DNA of 64,000 bases from Trueperaceae bacterium (GCA_040905465.1 JBBDRK010000069.1:1-64000), one strand, 5' to 3'. Positions 19,418 through 32,095 are shown, counted from the first letter of the stretch. The notes: generated by a model not told the origin, from the sequence alone. Made by a program: numbers and translations.

Positions 19418-20191
19418 TCAGTGGCCGCCCAGCCGGCCCCGCTGCTCGAGGAACGCCGTTATGCCCTCCTCGAGCAGTGCCGCTACCCGGTCGGGGCGCC
19501 GCAGCAGTTCTCTGTCCGATGGGTGACTCAGGTAGCCGATCTCCACGATAGCCGCCGGTGTCCTCCTGGCCACGCTATGGCGAAAGCTCCCGTTGAAGGC
19601 GTAGTACTCCAGCATGTCGCCGGTGACGTTCGCGTCGTCGTCCGGAAGCGACGAGCCGGCCAGGTAAGCACTGTCCAGAGCTCTCTTCAGCCGCTCGTCC
19701 CAGCGGTTGCGCACCGGCCGGAATACAGCGCTCTTGTAGCCGCGCCGGCCTGGTTCGAGACTGCTGTCGGCGTGGATCGCCACCACCAGCTCGGCTCGGT
19801 AGCGCGGCGGAACGGTTGCCGGCAGCAGGTCGACGGCGATTCCACGCCTCTCGAGTCTTTCCGCCAGTGCGGCGGCGACTGCCCGGTTGACGTCGACCTC
19901 CTGCATGCCGCCACCCAAGCCGCCGGTGGAGACTCGCAGTCGAGCCAACTCCTCGGGATGCGCCTCGGCATCGAGATGACCGACCTGCAGTCCGATGCGG
20001 GGAGGTCCGAGGACCAGGTTTCGGAGGCGCTGGAACCCATTGCCCGCCGCCTGTCCGGTGCTCTCGGCCAGCGATTCGGTCCGAGTGGGGTGGTTCAGCG
20101 CAAGCAGCACGGTGCCGGCGATCAGCAGGAGCGCCAAAAGCAGTATTCGGCGCGTTACCGAGCCGGAACGCGTGGCCCTGGAAGCTTGCAT
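19418..20191 (-). CDS. N-acetylmuramoyl-L-alanine amidase (Amidase_3)
   Basis: GH, E(VDVN), AIHAD, PAAIVEIGYLS; N-terminal TM helix. Confidence 0.85.
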   Translation of the reverse strand: MQASRATRSGSVTRRILLLALLLIAGTVLLALNHPTRTESLAESTGQAAGNGFQRLRNLVLGPPRIGLQVGHLDAEAHPEELARLRVSTGGLGGGMQEVDVNRAVAAALAERLERRGIAVDLLPATVPPRYRAELVVAIHADSSLEPGRRGYKSAVFRPVRNRWDERLKRALDSAYLAGSSLPDDDANVTGDMLEYYAFNGSFRHSVARRTPAAIVEIGYLSHPSDRELLRRPDRVAALLEEGITAFLEQRGRLGGH

Positions 20192-20219
20192 GACAAGAGC
20201 TTACCGAAAGCCGGGGCTG

Positions 20220-20858
20220 TCAGATTCGTTCGTTGGTGAGCCAGAAGACGATGTGCTCGTTTACGTTCTCGATATGGTCGCCGAGACGCTCGAGATAGCG
20301 GCCGACGGCGAGTAGCCTGGTGGCGCTGTCGATCTTGCTGGGGTCTTCGATCATGTAGCTCAGCAGTTCGCGTTGGATCTGCTCGTAAAGGTCATCTATC
20401 TCGTTGTCCATCGCCAGCGCACGTCGCGCGGCGTCCGCGTCCGACTCGGTCAGGGACCGGATCGTGACCTCGAGCATCGATCCCAGGATCGTGAGGATGC
20501 GGTCCATGTCCAGGTATTTCTTCATGGGCGGTTGGCCGGAGAGCACCAGTGCCGCTCGGGCCACATGCACGGCGTAGTCGCCAGCGCGCTCGATGTCCGC
20601 CAGTGCCCGGTGCATCGCACCCAGGAAGCGGAGGTCCCGCGCTGCCGGCTGCCGGCGCGCGATGACCGTAAGTATTCTCCGTTCGAGCGTCTCCTGCAGC
20701 CGGTCTATCCGCTCGTCCGTCTCGATGCAGCGCTCGCCGGCCGTGGTGTCGGCATCGATAAGCGCGGATCTGGCCAGCTCGCACTCCTCGCGCACGAGAC
20801 TGAGCATGCGTACGGCCTCGGCGGCGATCTCCTGGAGATCCTGGTCCAGAGCGGTCAT
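20220..20858 (-). CDS. phoU: Phosphate signalling protein PhoU
   Basis: QPAARDLR, DIERAGDYA, LERLGDH. Confidence 0.95.
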   Translation of the reverse strand: MTALDQDLQEIAAEAVRMLSLVREECELARSALIDADTTAGERCIETDERIDRLQETLERRILTVIARRQPAARDLRFLGAMHRALADIERAGDYAVHVARAALVLSGQPPMKKYLDMDRILTILGSMLEVTIRSLTESDADAARRALAMDNEIDDLYEQIQRELLSYMIEDPSKIDSATRLLAVGRYLERLGDHIENVNEHIVFWLTNERI

Positions 20859-20957
20859 ACAGGGGGAGAGTAGCACACGCTCGAGAAGGTGCCGACGCCG
20901 GTCGTCGGTCTAAAATAGGCCCCGTGGGCGCGATGCGCCCGGTCTGGAGGAGTTCTC

Positions 20958-21617
20958 ATGTCGGCTGTCATCCTCGTGGTCGAGGACGAGCCCGCGGTGC
21001 GGGAATTGGTCACGTTCCACCTCGAGCGCGGCGGGTTCACGGTTCGCGCGGCCGAGGATGCCGAGCAGGCCTGGCCGCTGCTCGCCGACAGCGACCTGCT
21101 GGTTCTGGACCGCATGCTGCCCGGCGCATCGGGCGAAGAGCTGCTGCGTCGCCTGCGCCGGGCCGACGGCTCGCGCCTGCCGGTGCTGATGCTGACTGCC
21201 CGCGGAACTGAACTCGACCGGGTCGAGGGGTTGGAAGCAGGCGCCGACGACTATCTGGTAAAGCCGTTCAGCGCCGCCGAGCTGGTGGCCAGGGTCCGGG
21301 CGCTGCTGCGCCGCACAGCGCCGGTGAGGTCACACACGGTCGGCGAGCTCACTGTCGACGAGTCGAGCGGTACGGCGCGCCTGGCGGGCAATCCCGTTCC
21401 GCTCACCCGCCGTGAGTTCGAGCTGCTGGCCTTCCTCATCGCCAGCCGCGGCCGCATCTACAGCCGCCGTGAACTGCTCGACCGGGTTTGGGGCGAGGAG
21501 TTCCTGGGGACCGAGCGGACCGTCGACCAGCATGTGGCCCAACTCCGCTCCCGTCTGGGAAACGAGTTGATCGAGACCGTGCGCGGGCGGGGATACCGGT
21601 TGGCCGGTGGCGAGTAG
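20958..21617 (+). CDS. OmpR/PhoB-family response regulator
   Basis: Receiver plus winged helix (GADDYLVKPF, RTVDQHV, ETVRGRGY); divergent from phoU. Confidence 0.9.
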   Translation: MSAVILVVEDEPAVRELVTFHLERGGFTVRAAEDAEQAWPLLADSDLLVLDRMLPGASGEELLRRLRRADGSRLPVLMLTARGTELDRVEGLEAGADDYLVKPFSAAELVARVRALLRRTAPVRSHTVGELTVDESSGTARLAGNPVPLTRREFELLAFLIASRGRIYSRRELLDRVWGEEFLGTERTVDQHVAQLRSRLGNELIETVRGRGYRLAGGE

Positions 21618-22695
21618 TCCGGTCGGCTGGGCCGACGCCCTGAACGAGGGCGTGGTGCTGGTGTCCGGGTCGACCGTGCGCTGGCTCAACCGGCGGGCGG
21701 CCGAGCTGTTGGACGTCGACCGCGAGCGGGCGCCGGGTTCGCCGCTCATCGCGGTGTTGCGGGACCACCGGCTCGAGCGCGTGGCACTGGTCGGCGGGGC
21801 GCCGGTCGAGGTGATTACCGGCGGCCGTACCCTGGCGGCAAGGGCGATTGCGGACGGACTGCTGCTCACCGACGTCAGCGAGATCCGGCGCGCCCGCGAG
21901 AGCGCGAGAGCCCTCCTGGCGGTCCTGTCGCACGAACTGCGCACGCCGGCCACAACCATTCGTTCGGCGCTGGAAGCGCTCCATTTCGATCTGGGCGACG
22001 AGCAACGGGCGCGCTTCCTGGCACACGCCGAGGACGAGTGCGACCGGCTGGGCCGCTTGATCGAGGACCTCACGGTGGACAGCGCGCCCCCGCGGCAACG
22101 GCGTCTGGAGCTGCCGTCACTGGTGGAGCGGGCCGCCCGAATTCTAGCTTCCCGCCTCCAGGAGCGGGAGGTGCGGCTGCGAAGCGAGGTGCCGGCGTTG
22201 CTGGTATGGGCCGATGAGGACAAGCTGTTGCAGGTCCTGCTCAATCTGCTCGAGAACGCCGCGGTTCACGGTCCGGCCAATTCCGAGGTGGTCGTTCAGG
22301 CGCGGCTCGACAACGAAGCGGAGCCCGCTCGCCTGCTCGTGCGGCAGGAGGACGGCCTCGGCCAGGGCGGCGCCAGGAACAGCGTCATGAACGGCGTCAT
22401 GAACGGCGTCATGAACAGCGGAGCAACGGTGGTGGTTCGGGTGGTCGACCGAGGGAGGCCGCTCGCGGAAGGCGCCTTTTGCGAGCTGTTCGAGCCGCAC
22501 GCTCGCGGACGCCGTACCGGTAACAGAGACGGTAGCGACACGAACGGCAGCGGCGGCACCGCCTCCGGCAGGGGCAGCGGCATGGGACTCTATATCGTGA
22601 GGTCGATCGTGGAGCGCTGGGGCGGCACTGCCTGGGGCCGACCGCTGGCGGACGGCAACGAGTTCGGCTTCACCGTGCCATCGTCTTCGACTTAG
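21607..22695 (+). CDS. PhoR-like cytoplasmic sensor histidine kinase
   Basis: SHELRTP, QVLLNLLENA, GSGMGLYIV; no obvious TM helix. Confidence 0.88.
   Translation: MASSPVGWADALNEGVVLVSGSTVRWLNRRAAELLDVDRERAPGSPLIAVLRDHRLERVALVGGAPVEVITGGRTLAARAIADGLLLTDVSEIRRARESARALLAVLSHELRTPATTIRSALEALHFDLGDEQRARFLAHAEDECDRLGRLIEDLTVDSAPPRQRRLELPSLVERAARILASRLQEREVRLRSEVPALLVWADEDKLLQVLLNLLENAAVHGPANSEVVVQARLDNEAEPARLLVRQEDGLGQGGARNSVMNGVMNGVMNSGATVVVRVVDRGRPLAEGAFCELFEPHARGRRTGNRDGSDTNGSGGTASGRGSGMGLYIVRSIVERWGGTAWGRPLADGNEFGFTVPSSST
22378..22419 (+). repeat. 12-bp in-frame tandem repeat (NSVM/NGVM)
   Basis: aacagcgtcatg aacggcgtcatg aacggcgtcatg aacagc. Confidence 0.85.
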
Positions 22696-22708
22696 CGGAA
22701 GAAAGGGT

Positions 22709-23506
22709 CTAGCCGCCGGAGCGCTGTCTCGACCGCCGTCTTCGCCGCGGCCCGAGCGGCACGTCCGGAATCTCGGAGTGTCCCAGTTCGCGACGGCGTG
22801 CGCTGCGCCGTGCCGTCAGTGGTCCTATCACGACGTTGTCGTCGCCTTCCGCGAGATAGATGTTGCTGTCCGGGAAGAGTCTTCGGTAGCCGTTGGGGGT
22901 GATCATCACCAGCAGGAATGCGGACGCCAGAACGCCCATCCAGGGTGCCGAGTGAGTGGCGAGCAGATTTGCCGCTTCCAGGTTTCCGAATTGCCACTGC
23001 CTGAGGGCGAGACCGGCCGTTGCCCATGCGAGCGTGTAGGCGATGACGGCGTTTACCGGCCCGGCCCAGCGGTGCTCGCGGGGCGAGGGGTAGATGGCCA
23101 GCCAGCCGACCAGGGCCAGCTCGAGCCCGAGCACGGCTTCGCGGGCGGCCGGCAGCGCGCCTTGGGCGCCGAACGAGGCGAAGAGGGCGGCGACCACCAG
23201 TCCCGGCGTGGGACCGTAAGCCATCGCTGCAAGCACCAGCGGAAATCGCTCGATTCCGGCCATGGGCGGAACCGGTTGGTTCGGAGAGATGGTGAGGTCG
23301 CCGTAGACCAGCAGCCGCAGCAGCACAGCGGCAGCCACGCATAGTGCGCAAGCCAAGGCCGGTCGCGGATTGGCGAGCGCGGCCAGGTCCAGGCGGGTGA
23401 GCCCGGCGGTCACGCTAACGGCGGCCAGGAACAGGGCGGCCAGGAGGCTGTAGCCGAGAATGGGATCGACGACGAACAGGCCGATCAGGGGGTCCAGGTC
23501 CGGCAT
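22709..23506 (-). CDS. Hypothetical multi-pass membrane protein (ECF S-component-like)
   Basis: About 7 hydrophobic segments; LAAMAYGPTPG motif; basic tail. Confidence 0.6.
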   Translation of the reverse strand: MPDLDPLIGLFVVDPILGYSLLAALFLAAVSVTAGLTRLDLAALANPRPALACALCVAAAVLLRLLVYGDLTISPNQPVPPMAGIERFPLVLAAMAYGPTPGLVVAALFASFGAQGALPAAREAVLGLELALVGWLAIYPSPREHRWAGPVNAVIAYTLAWATAGLALRQWQFGNLEAANLLATHSAPWMGVLASAFLLVMITPNGYRRLFPDSNIYLAEGDDNVVIGPLTARRSARRRELGHSEIPDVPLGPRRRRRSRQRSGG

Positions 23507-23651
23507 CCGCCGAGTGTAGCACTAGCACCAATTCGCCAAGTATGCCTTTCTGCTCTCCGGGCGGCTGAAAGGAGCCGCAATTTCCCACACTCTCGGCAAT
23601 ACTCATCTTGATGACATTCGTGTCATATTTGAGCCCCTATACTTGAAGGCC

Positions 23652-24680
23652 ATGATCCCAGCCCCCAGCGACCCAGCCCCCGACCCAGCCCCCAGCGACC
23701 CAGCCCTCAGCGACCCTGCCCCCAGCGAGCCCGCCCTAAGCAAAACAGCTCCGAACGATACGGCTCCCAGCGATACGGCTCCCTGCGACACGGTTGTCAG
23801 CGATACGGTTGTCAGCGACACGCGTCCGCGTATCGGAATCGCGCTGGGCGGCGGAAGCGCACGTGGCTACGCACACATCGGGGTGTTGGCGACCCTGGAG
23901 CAGCACGGTCTTGCTCCCGACCTGGTTGCCGGTACCTCGTTCGGCGCGGTAATCGGTGCACTGTACGCCTCTGGGCGCAGCGTGTCCCAGATGCGCCACG
24001 ACGCCTCGGTGATGCGTCGCCGGCATCTGCTTCCGCAGCTCGATTTCGGCCTGCACCGAGCGGCCCTGTTCGAGGGCCGCAGGCTCGAACGCTACCTGGA
24101 GGGCCTTACCGAGGGCAGGCATTTCGAGGACCTGAAAACTCCGCTGATAGTGGTTACGACAGATGTTGACACGGGTGAGCGGGTACTGCTCCGGTCGGGT
24201 CCGCTGGCTCGGGCGCTGCGCGCCAGCGTCGCCATGCCGGGCGTGTTCTGGCCGGTGGAAGTGGACGGGCGGCGGCTGGTCGACGGTGGCATCGGCACAC
24301 CGATTCCACTCGATACCCTGGCCGCCTTGGACGTCGACATACGTGTGGGCATCGGCGCCGGCATGATGTCGGGAGATTCGCCTGCCATTCAACTGGCCCA
24401 GCGCCTGGTCCAGACTCCGGTGGGACGCCGGCTGCACAGGGCGCTGGCGGACAGCAGCCAGCGGAATCCGGTGGCAAGCCTGGGACGAGCCCTGGCGTTC
24501 ACCGTCGACAGCTGGAACTGCCCGGAGGCTCCGCTCGATACCTTGCAGGTCCACACTCGGCCGCCGATCTCGTGGCTGAATTTCAACCGTGCCGAGGCGG
24601 CGATCCGCGCCGGGGAAGAGGCGATGGTGCGATTCATGCCACGTCTGCGCGTGGCCCTGGCCGACTTCGAGGCCGCCTGA
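23652..24680 (+). CDS. Patatin-like phospholipase
   Basis: GGGSARG, GTSFG, DGG. Confidence 0.92.
   Translation: MIPAPSDPAPDPAPSDPALSDPAPSEPALSKTAPNDTAPSDTAPCDTVVSDTVVSDTRPRIGIALGGGSARGYAHIGVLATLEQHGLAPDLVAGTSFGAVIGALYASGRSVSQMRHDASVMRRRHLLPQLDFGLHRAALFEGRRLERYLEGLTEGRHFEDLKTPLIVVTTDVDTGERVLLRSGPLARALRASVAMPGVFWPVEVDGRRLVDGGIGTPIPLDTLAALDVDIRVGIGAGMMSGDSPAIQLAQRLVQTPVGRRLHRALADSSQRNPVASLGRALAFTVDSWNCPEAPLDTLQVHTRPPISWLNFNRAEAAIRAGEEAMVRFMPRLRVALADFEAA
23658..23819 (+). repeat. 15-bp in-frame tandem repeat, 11 units
   Basis: ccagcccccagcgac (PAPSD) drifting to acggttgtcagcgac (TVVSD); one unit is 12 bp. Confidence 0.9.
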
Positions 24681-24705
24681 GGGTCAGGCGGAACCGGGCC
24701 GACGC

Positions 24706-25593
24706 CTAGAGGATTCGCTTGCCCAGCAGGCTTGCGGCCATCTCCACCATTATGCGGGCGGTGCGGTTCTTCTCATCCAAAAAGGGATTGACCTCTACCA
24801 GGTCCACGCTTTCGACAACTCCGGCGTCGGCGAACAGCTCCATCAGCAGGTGCGCTTCCCGGTAACTGAGCCCGCCGGGGACGGGCGTGCCGACTCCCGG
24901 CGCGAGGTCGGGCTCGAGCGCGTCGGCATCGAACGAAAGATGGACCCGGTCCACCTGCGCCAGGTGCTCCAACGCTTCGGCCGCGATACTGGCGATGCCG
25001 CGGCAGTCGACATCCTTCATGGTGAAGGCCTTCAGGCCCAGCTCGCGCACCAGGCGCTGCTCGCCGTCGTCGAGTGCGCGCAGTCCGATGAACACCACGT
25101 CTTCCGGCCTCACGACCGCGCCCCCGCCCCAGATCTCCAGCAGGCCTGCGTGGCCCCGTCCCAGCAGGTGAGCCAGCGGCATGCCGTGGATGTTCAGGCT
25201 CGGTGAGGTCTCGGGAGTATTGAGGTCGGCGTGGGCATCCACCCAGACGACGCCGGTACGGCCACCCCTGGCCGCCGCGCCGGCGACGGTGCCCATCGAC
25301 ACCGAGTGATCTCCACCCAACGAGACCGGCACGGTCGTGGCGGGCAACGCCGCGAGAGTCTCGAACGCCCTGCGGCAGGTGTCGGCGATCGTCTCCACGA
25401 ACCGCAGGTCGCCGGAGCGTGCCAGCGCCTCCGGGACCGGAACCTCGACGTTACCCAGGTCCGCCACCCGGTGCCCGATATCGGCGAGTGTCGATTCCAG
25501 CTTGGCCAGTCGCAATGCGCTAGGTCCCATATCCACTCCGCGCCGGCCGGCTCCGAGGTCCATCGGAATCCCGAGGATGGCTATGTCGGACAT
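24706..25593 (-). CDS. rocF: Arginase
   Basis: GVDMGP, GGDHS, DAHAD, NIHGMP, SFDADA, GTPVPGG. Confidence 0.93.
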   Translation of the reverse strand: MSDIAILGIPMDLGAGRRGVDMGPSALRLAKLESTLADIGHRVADLGNVEVPVPEALARSGDLRFVETIADTCRRAFETLAALPATTVPVSLGGDHSVSMGTVAGAAARGGRTGVVWVDAHADLNTPETSPSLNIHGMPLAHLLGRGHAGLLEIWGGGAVVRPEDVVFIGLRALDDGEQRLVRELGLKAFTMKDVDCRGIASIAAEALEHLAQVDRVHLSFDADALEPDLAPGVGTPVPGGLSYREAHLLMELFADAGVVESVDLVEVNPFLDEKNRTARIMVEMAASLLGKRIL

Positions 25594-25616
25594 GGCTCAA
25601 GGGTAGCATTGCCCAC

Positions 25617-26009
25617 ATGATGATTCTCGGCATCCTCGTCGGAGGCGCGCTCGGGGCACTGAGCCGCTATGGCGTTAGCGTAGCCCTGAATGCCTGGACC
25701 GCTAGCGGACCCTACGCCTCGTTCCCGCTCGGTACCCTGGTCGTCAACGTTGTCGGTTCGTTCCTGCTGTCGTTCCTGGCCAACGCCGGGCTGGCGACCT
25801 TGCTGCCGCCAGCGGTGCGAGTGGCGATAGGCACCGGATTCCTGGGGGCGATGACGACTTTCTCCACTTTAGAGCTGGAGACGGACACGCTGCTGCGAGG
25901 TGGCGAAGCGGGAAGAGCTGCGCTCTATTTGCTCGCCACCCTGGTGCTCGGATACCTGGCGATACTGCTGGGGCGAGTGGCGGCGGCGCAACTGGCGGTC
26001 CAGCGGTGA
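25617..26009 (+). CDS. crcB: Fluoride efflux channel Fluc/CrcB
   Basis: GGALGALSRY, FPLGTLVVN, GFLGAMTTFST. Confidence 0.93.
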   Translation: MMILGILVGGALGALSRYGVSVALNAWTASGPYASFPLGTLVVNVVGSFLLSFLANAGLATLLPPAVRVAIGTGFLGAMTTFSTLELETDTLLRGGEAGRAALYLLATLVLGYLAILLGRVAAAQLAVQR

Positions 26010-26061
26010 CGGCCACGGCGGGCCGCAACAGCTTCGGCCGCGACGGGAACTACCGCCGGCC

Positions 26062-27574
26062 CTAGACGCTGTTGCCGGGCCTGTACCAACGGCGGTCTAT
26101 CGCCGCGGGCAGCCGATCGGCCTGCGGTGGACCGAGCGTGCCCGCCTGATAGGGGAAGGGACCGCCAAAATCGTCGTCCTGGCAGCGCAGGATGGGCGCC
26201 ACCACCCGCCACTGCGCCTCCACCTCGTCGGCCCGCATGAACAGCGTGGCGTCTCCGAGCATGGTGTCGAGCAGGAGCGTCTCGTAGGCGTCGGGATTGG
26301 GACGCGCGAAGCGGGATGCGTAGGTGAACTCCATGTTGGCCCGCTCCAGCTCGATTCCCTGGCCCGGGACCTTGGTGTTGAAGCGCACCGCGATGCCTTC
26401 GTCGGGCGTCAGCCGCAATGTGAGCCGGTCTGCGCGCAGCTCCTCCGGCAGCGTGAAGGGAACGTGCGGGGGCGTCTTGAAGCGCAGCACGATCTCGGTC
26501 GCCTTGCCCTCGAGCCGCTTGCCGCTGCGCACCAGGAACGGAACGCCGCTCCAGCGCCAGTTGTGGATCTCGAACCGGGCGGCGGCATAGGTCGCCTGGC
26601 GCGACGCTGGGTCGACATCCTCCTCCTGACGGTATCCGCGCGTCCCTGGAGCCTCGACATACTGACCCAGCACCGTGTCTTCCGGGGCCGCGCAGCCCAT
26701 GGCGTCGAACAGCTTGACCTTCTCGTTCCGTACGCTGGTGGCGTCGTAGCGAGCCGGCGGCTCCATCGCCACCAGCGCCAGGAGTTGCAGCAGATGGTTC
26801 TGGAATACGTCGCGGACCACGCCCGACTCCTCGTAGAACCCGCCGCGCCCCTCGACTCCCACGCTCTCGGTCATCGTCAGCTGCACGTGGTCGATGTAGC
26901 GGTTGCTCCATACCGGCTCGAACAGGGTGTTGGCGAAGCGCAGCACGGCGAGGTTCTGGGCGGTTTCCTTGGCAAGGTAGTGGTCGATCCGGTAGATCTG
27001 CCGCTCCTCGAAGCGTTGCAACAGCAGTTCGTTCAGCCTGGTCGCACTCGCCAGATCGCGGCCGAACGGTTTCTCGATCACCAGGCGGGTCCAGCCCTCC
27101 GAACCGGAACTGAGGCCGGCGTCTGCCAACGCCTCGACCAGCACCGGATAGGTCGTGGGTGGCGTGGCGGTGTAGAACACCCGGTTCGGTTGCTCGAGCT
27201 GGTCCAGCAGCCGCGCCAGGCGCTGCATCGCCTGCCCGTCACCGTAATCGCCGCGAATGTAGTGAAGGCGAGAGGCCAGCTCCCGCCAGCAACTCTCCTC
27301 GAACGAGTCGCCGTGTTCCCGAATCGCCTCCGCCGCGTGGGCGCGCAAACCGTCGTCGTCCCAGTCGCTGCGTCCGAATCCGATGATGCTGGTGGCCTCG
27401 TGAAGGTGTCCGCCGCGGTGCAGCGCGTAAAGGGCCGGAAGCAGTTTGCGCGACGACAGATCGCCGGTCACCCCGAAAATCACGAATGCCGTTCTCGGAG
27501 CGGCCTCGTCCGGGGCCACTCCCCGACTGGCGGCCTGTGGAACGGGGCGGTCCATCACCGATGCCGGCATCCCC

Positions 27575-27582
<8 letters not shown>
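26062..27582 (-). CDS. zwf: Glucose-6-phosphate dehydrogenase
   Basis: FGVTGDL, EKPFG, RIDHYLAKE, RDVFQNH. Confidence 0.95.
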
Positions 27583-29772
<2,190 letters not shown>

Positions 29773-29823
29773 GCCGTCGAAAGTGCCGGAGGGGCATTCA
29801 CCGTGCCCGGTCGGGGCGCATTC

Positions 29824-30792
29824 CTAGATCGCCAGTACCTTGGCGATCTCGAACAGCTGCCAGTCGAGCTCCTTCTCATGCTCCCAGACGTCGGCCAACG
29901 GTACGAAGACCGCTCCGCGCTTGTCCACGCCCACCATCACGCCCGTCTGGCCCTGCTTGAGCCCGGTGACCGCCATATAGCCCAACCGCGATGCCAGCAC
30001 CCGGTCGCGCGTGGTGGGCGAGCCGCCACGCTGAGTGTGGCCGAGGATCGAGGTCCTGACCTCGTAACCACAGACTTTCTGGATGTGCGCCTGCAAGGCG
30101 AGCGCCCCGCCGGGGTAGGCGCCTTCGGCCACGACCACGATGCTGGAGCTCTTTCCGCGTTCCTGGGCGCTGATGACCATGGCGGCGACTTCGTCGCCGC
30201 TCAACTTGGTCTCGGGCAGCAGGATCGCTTCCGCGCCGCCTCCTACACCCACGTTCAGGGCGATATGCCCGGAGTTGCGGCCCATCACCTCCACCAGAAA
30301 GAGCCGGTCGTGCGACGCGGCGGTGTCACGCAACCTGTCGATCGCCTCGAGCGCTATGTTGAGGGCGGTGTTGAAGCCGATGGTGACGTCGGTGCCGTAG
30401 ATATCGTTGTCGATCGTGCCGGGGATCCCGACCACCGCGGTTCCGTGCTCCTGATGGAGCAGCGAGGCGCCCCGGAAGGAGCCGTCGCCGCCGATGACCA
30501 CCAGGCCGTCGATCTCCAGCTGCCGCAGGTTTCGGGCCGCGCGGGCCCTGCCTGGCGGTTCCATGAACTCCTCCGAACGGGCGGTACGCAAGATCGTGCC
30601 GCCGCGCTGGATGATGTTGGCCACGGCCCGCGCCCCCACTCGCTCGATATCGCCTTCGATAAGGCCCTGAAAGCCGCGATAGACGACCGATGTGGCGATG
30701 CCCTCGTAGATTCCCGTCCGTATCACCGCACGAATTGCGGCGTTCATTCCTGGCGCGTCACCGCCGCTGGTCAGGACCGCGATATGCTTCAC
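29824..30792 (-). CDS. pfkA: ATP-dependent 6-phosphofructokinase
   Basis: TSGGDAPGMN, GGDGS, TIDND, EVMGR, GHTQRGG. Confidence 0.96.
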   Translation of the reverse strand: MKHIAVLTSGGDAPGMNAAIRAVIRTGIYEGIATSVVYRGFQGLIEGDIERVGARAVANIIQRGGTILRTARSEEFMEPPGRARAARNLRQLEIDGLVVIGGDGSFRGASLLHQEHGTAVVGIPGTIDNDIYGTDVTIGFNTALNIALEAIDRLRDTAASHDRLFLVEVMGRNSGHIALNVGVGGGAEAILLPETKLSGDEVAAMVISAQERGKSSSIVVVAEGAYPGGALALQAHIQKVCGYEVRTSILGHTQRGGSPTTRDRVLASRLGYMAVTGLKQGQTGVMVGVDKRGAVFVPLADVWEHEKELDWQLFEIAKVLAI

Positions 30793-30955
30793 GAGGATCG
30801 AGTATATCGCGGGGTCGGAGACGACCGGCAGCACCTTGAGCCGCCGATCGGCTCCTGCAGCCGGTCGGCGGACCGCGTCCTCCGATCGGGAACCGACGCC
30901 AGTGGGTGGCTATCGCTTGCCGGGCAGGGTGTCGATTGTGCAATCATGTGCCAGG

Positions 30956-32095
30956 ATGATTCTCTTTATCGGCACGGAACCTCCATCGGAACAACGAGTA
31001 GCTCTGACTCCCCAGGTGGCGGGCCGCCTGACGGCGCTTGGCATAGATGTACGCGTGCCCAGCGGCGTGGGGCGGACGCTGCACCTGGATGACGAGTCCT
31101 ATCGCCAGGCAGGCGCGAGCGTGGTCGCCGAATCGGCTCCGGCGATGGCGGAGGCGGACGTGGTTGTCCGGCTCAACGGCCCGAAGCGAGCCGAGGTCGC
31201 GGCGATGAAGCCGGGTTCAGTGTTGGTTTCTTTCCTCGACCCGTTTCGCAATCCGGAGCTGGTGGCGGCGTTGGCGGACCACCGGGTAAGCAGCCTGTGC
31301 ATGGAGCTCATTCCGCGTAGCACCTATGCGCAGAAGATGGACGCCCTGTCGTCCCAAGCCAGCCTGGCCGGTTATGCGGCGGTGATTCTCGCCGCCGACC
31401 GCATTGATAAAGCGATACCGATGATGAGCACGCCGGCCGGAACGATCGCACCGGCGCGCGTGTTCGTGGTTGGCGTCGGGGTAGCCGGCCTTCAGGCCAT
31501 CGCGACCGCTAAGCGGCTGGGCGCGAGAGTCGAGGCGTATGACACGCGCCCAGTCGTAGAGGAACAGGTCAAGTCGCTCGGCGCGCGGTTCGTGAAGATC
31601 GACGTCGGCGAAACCGGCCAGACGGAGCAGGGCTACGCCAAGGCGCTCTCCGAGGAGCAGTTGGAGTTGCAGCGGCAACAGATGGGCCGTTTCTGCGCCA
31701 ACGCCGACATCGTAATAACCACCGCCCAAGTGTTCGGCCGCCCCGCCCCGCGAATCATCACCGCCGAAATGGTGGCCGGCATGCGGCCCGGCAGCGTGAT
31801 CGTCGACCTGGCCGCTTCAACCGGCGGCAACGTCGAGGGCACGGTCGCCGATCAGGACGTAGAGGTCGGGGGCGTGCTGATCCTCGGGCTCGCCAACATG
31901 CCCGGCCTGGTCGCCCGCGACGCCAGCCAGGTGTACTCTGCCAACGTCGCCAACCTCATCGAACACGCGTTCGACAGCGAGTCGGGCCGCCTGGCGCTCG
32001 ATCCGGCCGACGACGTGATCGGTTCCTGCCTGCTTTCGCACGACGGCCAGGTCCGACACGACCAGATACGCGCCCTGGTGGAGGCCGCCGCATGA
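30956..32095 (+). CDS. pntA: NAD(P) transhydrogenase alpha subunit, part 1
   Basis: RVALTP, DALSSQ, GVGVAGL, DLAASTGGN. Confidence 0.93.
   Translation: MILFIGTEPPSEQRVALTPQVAGRLTALGIDVRVPSGVGRTLHLDDESYRQAGASVVAESAPAMAEADVVVRLNGPKRAEVAAMKPGSVLVSFLDPFRNPELVAALADHRVSSLCMELIPRSTYAQKMDALSSQASLAGYAAVILAADRIDKAIPMMSTPAGTIAPARVFVVGVGVAGLQAIATAKRLGARVEAYDTRPVVEEQVKSLGARFVKIDVGETGQTEQGYAKALSEEQLELQRQQMGRFCANADIVITTAQVFGRPAPRIITAEMVAGMRPGSVIVDLAASTGGNVEGTVADQDVEVGGVLILGLANMPGLVARDASQVYSANVANLIEHAFDSESGRLALDPADDVIGSCLLSHDGQVRHDQIRALVEAAA

Noticed and set aside
23658-23819. Possible CRISPR array
   Set aside because: Contiguous 15-bp coding repeats with no spacers and no cas genes in the window
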